From assembly GCF_009914755.1 (NCBI RefSeq), contig NC_060929.1: a stretch of 64,000 bases of DNA, one strand, 5' to 3'. A model generated the notes under the pieces. That model made no database searches and was not told the origin of the DNA. It worked only from the letters and a program-made list of their open reading frames with translations. The position numbers and the translations under genes are program-made. Shown in pieces: positions 42,394 through 64,000 of the stretch (position 1 is its first letter; each line of letters starts with the position of its first letter). Source of the DNA: the human T2T-CHM13v2.0 reference genome, Homo sapiens.

Positions 42394-42548
42394 GTGAGTA
42401 GATTGCTTTATTTAAACTTATTTTGCACATTCTGATCTTCTTTGGAAAGGAAAATTATTCTGCATTTATTGTGAAAAGAAATATTATTTGCTCTTAAATT
42501 GATAACTTCTGTTAAAAAAAATTTTAACTTATTTTTTTCTTCTCCTAG

Positions 42549-42660
42549 ACTGAGAGCAATCATGACACAGCATTAACACTAGCTTGTGCAGGTGGTCATG
42601 AAGAACTTGTATCTGTGCTCATTGCACGGGATGCCAAAATTGAACACAGAGACAAAAAAG
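42549..42660 (+). CDS. ANKHD1: ANKHD1 coding exon, 112 bp (TESNHDTALTLACAGGHEELVSVLIARDAKIEHRDKK), start of ankyrin cluster 2
   Basis: tcctag|ACT...AAAG|gtaaat; phase 0 to 1. Confidence 0.95.
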
Positions 42661-43150
42661 GTAAATATCAGTCAGAAATAAAATCCAAGTGTAGTTACAT
42701 CAGAAAATAATTAACTTTTTTATTATTGATAAATAGTTCCTAGACTATCTCAGTGATAAGATGGATAAGTATATTTCAGTTAGGAATATCTGGATTCATT
42801 ATTCTGCGGAGCCAAATAATTCTCAAAACATTCAAAAATTAGACGTAGATCATTAGTGAAATAGAGCAAGTTGTGGTTGCCTTTGTTAATCCAAAGGTAG
42901 TTCATACAGAGGCATCAAAGTTCATTATGAGTATAAACTTTAATAATTTTTACCGACTTAGTTTTTTAATTAGGTGTTTATGGGTTTTTTGTCACTAACA
43001 AATTAGGGTTTAGAGCAGTTTTATGTTAACTCATTATCAGTGTCTGCCCTGAAGGATTTATTTTGCTAAAATACTAGAGAATTGTAAACAGTGGCTTTAA
43101 AATAAAATAAAAAACATAAATTTGTTTAAGATTTTCATTTTCTGATTTAG

Positions 43151-43296
43151 GTTTCACACCACTAATCCTGGCAGCAACAGCAGGGCATGTTGGAGTTGTT
43201 GAAATCCTTTTGGATAAAGGTGGAGATATAGAAGCACAGTCTGAACGAACTAAGGATACTCCGCTTTCATTGGCATGTTCTGGTGGACGTCAGGAG
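43151..43296 (+). CDS. ANKHD1: ANKHD1 coding exon, 146 bp (FTPLILAATAGHVGVVEILLDKGG...ACSGGRQE)
   Basis: atttag|GT...GAG|gtgtgt; phase 1 to 0. Confidence 0.95.
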
Positions 43297-43404
43297 GTGT
43301 GTTAATGTTAATTTTCATTTTGTAAATATTTTGCTTGTATTTTAAAATATGCATATGATTCGTATTTTAGCTACATGAATAAAATTTGCATGTATTTTGT
43401 GTGT

Positions 43405-43888
<484 letters not shown>

Positions 43889-44261
43889 TAAATCCCCTTT
43901 TAAAAAATCTGTTTCTTGCCCTTAAAGCCAAATAAAAATTATCTTAATCCTTACATTTATTCGGATTGAATGAATCACAATTCTAACACATATGAAGTGC
44001 AAATTTATTGCCCAATAAATGGCAAATAGAAAGGGTAACATCTTGTTATTGCAGTATAATTGGGATTTCAAAACTCTGAATTCCTGAAATTGAATCCATT
44101 TCTCTAGTGTTGATATTTCAATATTTAGGGTCTAATGAAATGTAATTAAAATATCAGATATTTAGATAAGGAAGTTATAAGTCCTGTTTCTTTGTGTTTC
44201 CTTCATTATAAGTTGAGCCCTTGGTGTAAACTCTCTTCTCTATCCATATTTTACTTTGTAG

Positions 44262-44404
44262 GTGGTAGACTTGCTGCTGGCTCGAGGTGCAAATAAAGAA
44301 CATAGGAACGTATCTGATTATACACCACTGAGTCTAGCTGCGTCTGGAGGATATGTTAATATCATTAAGATTCTGCTTAATGCTGGGGCAGAAATTAATT
44401 CAAG
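44262..44404 (+). CDS. ANKHD1: ANKHD1 coding exon, 143 bp (VVDLLLARGANKEHRNVSDYTPLSLAASGG...AEINS)
   Basis: tttgtag|GTG...TCAAG|gtattg; phase 0 to 2. Confidence 0.95.
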
Positions 44405-44621
44405 GTATTGCCTGTTCATTTTATTGTTCATGTTTAGTAAGTTACTACTTTGGACTTAAATGTCTACCTCTTAACGTTTAGACAGATACATTTTAAATTA
44501 AGATAGTACTAAAGTTGCAAAGCCAACGATTATACCTATAATGTGTTTGTTTATAAGTAATCTCAGCTTATTTCAGTAATGTGGCTGCTTATAAAGAGGT
44601 CTCATTTCAAAAAGTGTTTTG

Positions 44622-44670
44622 TTCTATGGCCTACCACCCTAAACGTGCCCAATCTCATCTGATCTCAGAA
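44622..44670 (+). pseudogene. 5S rRNA 5' fragment (about nt 1-50), tailless retrocopy
   Basis: tctatggcctaccaccctaaacgtgcccaatctcatctgatctcagaa aligns to GTCTACGGCCATACCACCCTGAACGCGCCCGATCTCGTCTGATCTCGGAA, differing mostly by CpG decay. Confidence 0.85.
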
Positions 44671-44744
44671 ACGGTATTTTGTTTTATATAGTTGGAAATT
44701 TATAATCCCTAAATAGGAATTACATTTTATTTTTTAAGTTATTT

Positions 44745-46210
<1,466 letters not shown>

Positions 46211-47063
46211 ATAAAGGAGAAAAGTCATAAGATAATCTCCATAGATGCAGGAAACACACACAGAGGAAAGAAAATAGGAGTTAGTATGTCATTGGCTTGA
46301 ATTTCTTTGCTTAGAACTGCAAGGTTCTTAGAACTCTGGAAAGACGTAGGTTGGGTAGAATTTTTAATAATTAGTCAACAGAGAATCTAGTGCTCATTTG
46401 AAATTGGAAAGATTTGACTGGAAATCTCGTACTTCTTCCCTGAAATTCCTTTTACTTCTTAAAGTTTAGTGCAACATTTACATTCTTTTAATCTAAGTAA
46501 TGAGGAAGTGTAGTTTTTCCTTGGCTTTTTACCACACAAAGAGAAATGAGTCTTTCCTGTCATTCAATTTGTCTTTTTCTATTACAAGTATTCATTGTGT
46601 GCCACTCATCCATTAAAGGTCCTAGAGAAATCTGTGTTATTTTGGATAGTACCACTAGGAAATGTCCTTTGAAAAAATGTTGGAGACTAACGTACCAAAG
46701 GCACATATGCAAAAAATTTATAAAGTGATTTTAATCTACTTATTTTTAATATCTCTATTCATTATGCAAAGAAATTATCTGAGTAAATTCACAAAAGTAT
46801 AGAAGTTACAGAATTGTTTTTAGCATGAGATAACATGTTTTAAGTTCATTCTAGCACGTCTGAATCTAACAATTTCTACTGCTGTTTAGTAAAATTCAAG
46901 GCAAAATATTGCTTAGCTCTTTTATGAGAGCTAATCAGAACTAGAATTGTCTTAAAAGTTAATTGCCTCAGGTTTTTAAAGAAATTATGTAGCTTAGTTT
47001 TGGTCTACGGAATAGTTAAAAAAAGAAATGTAACTTAGTTGCATAATTTATTGGTTTAAACAG

Positions 47064-47239
47064 ACGGGTCTTACCCCCTTGATGGAAGCAGCTTCTGGAG
47101 GGTATGCAGAGGTTGGAAGAGTTCTTCTTGATAAAGGAGCAGATGTTAATGCTCCCCCTGTGCCTTCCTCAAGAGATACTGCTTTAACAATAGCAGCAGA
47201 CAAAGGTCACTACAAATTTTGTGAACTCCTGATTCATAG
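47064..47239 (+). CDS. ANKHD1: ANKHD1 coding exon, 176 bp (TGLTPLMEAASGGYAEVGRVLLDKG...FCELLIH)
   Basis: aaacag|ACG...CATAG|gtgagt; phase 0 to 2. Confidence 0.95.
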
Positions 47240-47445
47240 GTGAGTACTTTTCTATTATATGTAGAACTTCTCATGGTCATTTTCACTTTTCAGAGCTTTT
47301 AAAGTTAATAACATTGTTTTACTTTATTGATATTGTTAAGAAAAGATTATTTGCAAGTTATTTTGTAAAAGAAGAAGATAGAGAAAACTAGAAAAAGCCA
47401 GCCTCTTCTTACAGGAAACAAACTATTAATATGCCTTGTTTACAG

Positions 47446-47608
47446 GGGAGCCCACATTGATGTTCGTAACAAAAAGGGAAATACGCCACTTTGGCTGGCA
47501 TCCAATGGAGGTCATTTTGATGTTGTGCAGTTGCTAGTGCAAGCAGGTGCTGATGTGGATGCAGCAGATAACCGGAAAATCACACCTCTTATGTCAGCAT
47601 TTCGCAAG
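47446..47608 (+). CDS. ANKHD1: ANKHD1 coding exon, 163 bp (GAHIDVRNKKGNTPLWLASNGGH...TPLMSAFRK)
   Basis: tttacag|GGGA...AAG|gtaatt; phase 2 to 0. Confidence 0.95.
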
Positions 47609-47711
47609 GTAATTTGATATGGGGGAAGAAAGGTCAATTTTAAGCCAATTCTAAGTTAAAACCATGTGAGAAAGATAAGTTTATCTTGGAGAATTGAGTA
47701 TATTTCCATAG

Positions 47712-49689
<1,978 letters not shown>

Positions 49690-50255
49690 TTAGAATTGAT
49701 TACAGATCTTTCAACCCTTGATAATGGCATTTAGAAAGTGTTTTATTTAGATTCAAGTCCTAAGGCTCAGAAAGTTGTGATAGTCCACCTTGTTTAGTTA
49801 GTGAAGTAGAGGCAAAGTAAGACTTTGAAATTTAAAAAAAAATTACTTATTTTAGGACTCATTTCCCTTTTACACTGAGGTTCATTTTACATCACCAATG
49901 TTTGTTTAATAGATTTATTCTAGGAGATACTGTTTTTCTACAAAAGCTTTTTCTAATTTCAGTGGGATTAAATTCAGGAGAAATGTTGTCTAGTCCACCA
50001 TCCATTCCTGAGCACACATTCTTGTCTTTTATGCCTTTCTTTTTATAAGCTGAATGCTGATCTTATTTTTATAATTTTAATTTTAAGCTTAATATTCTAT
50101 TTGGAAGTATTTGCCTTTTTATTCTTAAATTGGTAGGCATATATGCAAAATCAAGGGATTCCTTTGTAATTCTGTTGTTTTACTTTCTTTTATTCTTAAG
50201 AATAATAATTTTTCTTTTCATGCTACCTTGTCTAAGATTGTTGTACTTCTTATAG

Positions 50256-50351
50256 GGTCATGTAAAAGTTGTTCAATATTTGGTAAAGGAAGTAAATCAG
50301 TTCCCTTCTGATATAGAATGCATGAGATACATAGCAACAATTACAGATAAG
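50256..50351 (+). CDS. ANKHD1: ANKHD1 coding exon, 96 bp (GHVKVVQYLVKEVNQFPSDIECMRYIATITDK)
   Basis: cttatag|GGT...AAG|gtaagt; phase 0 to 0. Confidence 0.95.
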
Positions 50352-50790
50352 GTAAGTTTAATATGCTACTGAAGCACATTTTTGTTCTTTGTGGAATGAT
50401 ATGCCAAAGTGTGCAGTTAGGAACTTGTTCTTTTTATATTCTGAAAGGTTGGTCACCTGATCTCTTTATGCGTTTGTTTCTCCATTTGCAAAATAGAGGG
50501 GTATAATACTTTTGATAAACTATTTTGAGATTTCTACTGTGGACCATAGTCACAGTGACTACACTAAGGTACTAAACCATTAGCCTAATGAGAAGGCTTC
50601 CTAAGGACATGCAGGTTTTTAGGGAAATGGTGTCTTATTTTTGTGAAAGATTGGACTCAAAGGATAACTTAATTTGGTTTAGTGACTTTTCAGTTTGAAC
50701 TTTAACCTCTGGACTTTAATGTGCTCATCAGCTTAAGTTTTATTTGGCCTCTTTCATTATATATTTACATAATTCTATTTCCTGCTGTAG

Positions 50791-50907
50791 GAACTGTTGA
50801 AAAAATGTCATCAATGTGTCGAAACCATTGTGAAGGCTAAAGACCAGCAAGCTGCAGAAGCAAATAAGAATGCGAGTATTCTTTTAAAGGAACTTGATCT
50901 GGAAAAG
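50791..50907 (+). CDS. ANKHD1: ANKHD1 coding exon, 117 bp (ELLKKCHQCVETIVKAKDQQAAEANKNASILLKELDLEK)
   Basis: ctgtag|GAA...AAG|gtgagt; phase 0 to 0. Confidence 0.95.
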
Positions 50908-50954
50908 GTGAGTGGGAAAAATAATTTTCCTTTTTAGAAATTATTGAGGGTGGG

Positions 50955-52751
<1,797 letters not shown>

Positions 52752-53265
52752 CTAAGTGGTTTTAACATTGGTCTGTGAAGAAATTTAGTAAAGCATTGGA
52801 AATCATTTGTTTATTGTTAAGATCTGGGTTACAAATGGTTTATTAGATTCCCAATTAAAGACTATCCAGAAAAAAGACGGGAGGAGCCAAGGTGGCCGAA
52901 TAGGAGCAGCTCCGGTCTACAGCTCCCAGCGTGAGCGACGCAGAAGACGGGTGATTTCTGCATTTCCATCTGAGCTTTGAAGAGAGCAGTGGTTCTCCCA
53001 GCACGCAGCTGGAGATCTGAGAACGGGCAGACTGCCTCCTCAAGTGGGTCCCTGACCCCTGATCCCTGACCCCTGAGCAGCCTAACTGGGGGGCACCCCC
53101 CAGCAGGGTCAGACTGACACCTCACACGGCCGGGTACTTCAACAGACCTGCAGCTGAGGGTCCTGTCTGTTAGAAGGAAAACTAACAAACAGAAAGGACA
53201 TCCACACCAAAAACCCATCTGTACATCACCATCATCAAAGACCAAAAGTAGATAAAACCAAAAAG

Positions 53266-54275
53266 ATGGGGAAAAAACAGAGCAGAAAAACTGGAAACTC
53301 TAAAAAGCAGAGCGCCTCTCCTCCTCCAAAGGAACAAAGTTCCTCACCAGCAACGGAACAAAGCTGGACGGAGAATGACTTTGACGAGCTGAGAGAAGAA
53401 GGCCTCAGACGATCAAATTACTCTGAGCTACGGGAGGAAATTCAAACCAAAGGCAAAGAAGTTGAAAACTTTGAAAAAAATTTAGAAGATTGTATAACTA
53501 GAATAACCAATACAGAGAAGTGCTTAAAGGAGCTGATGGAGCTGAAAACCAAGGCTCGAGAACTACGTGAAGAATGCAGAAGCCTCAGGAGCCCATGCGA
53601 TCAACTGGAAGAAAGGGTATCAGCGATGGAAAATGAAATGAATAAAATGAAGCGAGAAGGGAAGTTTAGACAAAAAAGAATAAAAAGAAACGAGCAAAGC
53701 CTCCAAGAAATATGGGACTATGTGAAAAGACCAAATCTACGTCTGATTGGTGTACCTGAAAGTGACAGGGAGAATGGAACCAAGTTGGAAAACACTGCAG
53801 GATATTATCCAGGAGAACTTCCCCAATCTAGCAAGGCAGGCCAACATTCCGATTCAGGAAATACAGAGAACGCCACAAAGATACTCCTCGAGAAGAGCAA
53901 CTCCAAGACACATAATTGTCAGATTCACCAAAGTCGAAGGAAAAAATGTTAAGGGCAGCCAGCGAGAAAGGTCGGGTTACCCTCAAAGGGAAGCCCATCA
54001 GACTAACAGCAGATCTCTCGGCAGAAACTCTACAAGCCAGAAGAGAGTGGGGGCCAATATTCAACATTCTTAAAGAAAAGAATTTTCAACCCAGAATTTC
54101 ATATCCAGCCAAACTAAGCTTTGTAAGTGAAGGAGAAATAAAATACTTTACAGAGAAGCAAATGCTGAGAGATTTTGTCACCACCAGGCCTGCCCTAAAA
54201 GAGCTCCTGAAGGAAGCACTAAACATGGAAAGGAACAACCGGTACCAGCCGCTGCAAAATCATGCCAAAATGTAA
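53266..54275 (+). pseudogene. L1 ORF1p, frameshifted
   Basis: MGKKQSRKTGNSK...QPLQNHAKM split over three frames; small deletions near 53795 and 53935. Confidence 0.93.
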
Positions 54276-54323
54276 AGACCATCGAGACTAGGAAGAAACT
54301 GCATCAACTAACGAGCAAAATAA

Positions 54324-58151
<3,828 letters not shown>

Positions 58152-58723
58152 ACAATGAGAACACATGGACACAGGAAGGGGAACATCACACTCTGGGGAC
58201 TGTTGTGGGGTGGGGGGGAGGGGGGAGGGATAGCATTGGGAGATATACCTAATGCTAGATGACGAGTTAATGGGTGCAGCGCACCAGCATGGCACATGTA
58301 TACATATGTAACTAACTGCACATTGTGCACATGTACCCTAAAACTTAAAGTATAATAAAAAAAAAAAAAAAAAGACTATCCAGTATCCTAGGATGTGTGC
58401 TGTAATGGAAAAATTAAAACAAACAAACTAAAACATTGCCTTTCTGAGGCTCAGTCTGCTTACCTGGAAAATGACAGTGTTGATATACTGAGTTTGGAAA
58501 TTATATTAAAAGAAAAAATGTCATGATCAAGTAGAGTTATTCTAGGAATGCAAGAGATAGCTTAACATAAAAATATTTTGTTGATAATTAAAGGAAGAGA
58601 AAAAGTATGATTATTGAGAGATGCTAAAATTTTGACAGCAAATTTTGGTTTAAAAAAACTTCGTAAGCTAAAGAGAGAAGAAAAGTTTGCTTACAGTCAT
58701 TGAGGAGAAAAAAAGATAACTTA

Positions 58724-61360
<2,637 letters not shown>

Positions 61361-61493
61361 TCTTGTTGGCATTTATAAATGTGTTTTGAGAGTAACATCC
61401 ATGGAAATCCCTGTGTATCATAAAAATATCATTTCATTCTTTATTTTACATTACTGCCTTATTGGTAAAATTATATACCTGCTTTATTTCCAG

Positions 61494-61668
61494 TCAAGAG
61501 AAGAGAGCAGAAAGCAGGCTCTTGCTGCTAAAAGAGAAAAAAGAAAAGAAAAGAGAAAAAAGAAAAAAGAGGAACAGAAAAGGAAACAGGAAGAAGATGA
61601 AGAAAACAAACCTAAGGAGAATTCGGAACTACCAGAGGATGAAGATGAAGAGGAGAATGATGAAGATG
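61494..61668 (+). CDS. ANKHD1: ANKHD1 coding exon, 175 bp, basic (NLS-like KREKRKEKRKKKK) then acidic stretch
   Basis: tttccag|TCA...GATG|gtgaga; phase 0 to 1. Confidence 0.94.
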
Positions 61669-62248
61669 GTGAGAAACAAACCATCTGAATTAACGATAAA
61701 ATTCTCCTTTGTTTATCAACTTCATTTTGAGTGCTCTTTGCTCTAGTTAACTCTAGTTAAACATTTGATTACTTTATTAATCTGAAATGGACAATGACTT
61801 TTATAGTAAATATTTGTAAGTGTTTTGCATTGTAAATTAATGCAGAGAAACAAGAGGGAAAACAAGCGCATAATTTGAATAAATTCAGTTGTAATTTAAG
61901 TCACCTTGTAAAACACTGCATATATACTAAAAGCAATACAGTGAGAAGTTTGCCACCTTTTTTTGAGATTCTTCTCTAACTCTTCCTCTCCTGATTAGAA
62001 GTAAAATTTCTCAGTTTACTTTTAGCTGAGATTCAGGCTCAAGGATATAGAGGCCTGAAATGTCAGTAGAGATGGGTTTAGTACTCTCAAAGAGTTATTT
62101 ATTGTACTGTCTGGCAGTGCTTGTAGTAGGCAAATAATTTTGTTCTACTTGGATTCTAATTCTAAAATACTATTTGAAAAATGTCCTAAATTCAAATTAT
62201 ATTGTGGTTTGGGTTCATGAGACTAGAATTAAGAATATTAAGAATATT

Positions 62249-63278
<1,030 letters not shown>

Positions 63279-63423
63279 GATTTCTTTATTTCTTAGTGAA
63301 TACTGGTGAAAGGAAAATATGATGTAAAACACTGAATTATTATGAATTATCAAATATATTCTGTCAGAATTTGTTTTGAGATCTGTGACTCAGTATGATT
63401 TTTATTCTTTTTAACAATTTCAG

Positions 63424-63871
63424 TGGAGCAAGAAGTTCCCATAGAACCTCCTAGTGCAACCACCACCACTACGATTGGAATCTCTGCAACATCTGCAACA
63501 TTCACAAATGTGTTTGGGAAAAAAAGGGCCAATGTGGTGACAACTCCCAGCACCAATCGGAAAAATAAGAAGAACAAAACAAAAGAAACCCCTCCTACAG
63601 CACATTTAATTTTACCAGAACAACATATGTCTTTAGCCCAACAAAAGGCAGATAAAAATAAAATAAATGGAGAACCTAGAGGTGGTGGTGCAGGTGGGAA
63701 TAGTGATTCAGATAACTTGGACAGCACAGACTGCAACAGTGAGAGTAGCAGTGGTGGTAAAAGCCAAGAGTTAAATTTTGTGATGGATGTGAATTCCTCT
63801 AAATACCCCTCACTGCTCCTTCATTCCCAAGAAGAAAAGACAAGTACTGCTACTTCCAAAACTCAGACACG
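63424..63871 (+). CDS. ANKHD1: ANKHD1 coding exon, 448 bp (EQEVPIEPPSATTTTTIGISA...TSKTQT), low complexity
   Basis: tttcag|TGGAG...ACACG|gtaaat; phase 1 to 2. Confidence 0.93.
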
Positions 63872-64000
63872 GTAAATTTTTCTGATTTGTTAACTCTACC
63901 TGCACCTTTCCTTCTTCATGCCTGGTACAAGAATTTGAAGTATATTAATCCAAGTACAAGTTGTGTTAAACAATTGAAGTCTACCACATTATCTATCTTC

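Noticed and set aside
47401-47445. Alternative acceptor cttcttacag at 47414
   Set aside because: 31 nt out of frame with a short pyrimidine tract; indistinguishable from a common decoy AG.

Overview
Primate (human-like) genomic DNA: an internal 64-kb slice of ANKHD1 (ankyrin repeat and KH domain containing 1, MASK1) on the + strand. I can reconstruct 17 consecutive GT-AG coding exons whose phases all join in frame. They run from the end of ankyrin cluster 1 through the linker and ankyrin cluster 2 into the Lys/Glu-rich region. An alternative exon at 9653 can end short isoforms. Introns hold about 50 Alu/FLAM copies, old L1M/L2/MIR/DNA-transposon relics, microsatellites and one sense-oriented L1PA2/3-type element. 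Almost all entries in the ORF track are Alu or low-complexity artefacts. I see no new multi-gene system. The most notable observations are: (1) the L1 is a copy of a spliced L1 RNA (SpIRE97/622-type junction); (2) a 51-bp poly(A)-tailed micro-retrocopy whose target-site duplication appears to have been amplified into a ~450-bp AT-rich palindromic minisatellite; (3) several short local templated copies, direct and inverted, including a ~200-bp inverted duplication; (4) splice-site arrangements that could produce truncated or NMD isoforms. Repeat boundaries and subfamily names are approximate and rest on remembered consensus sequences.
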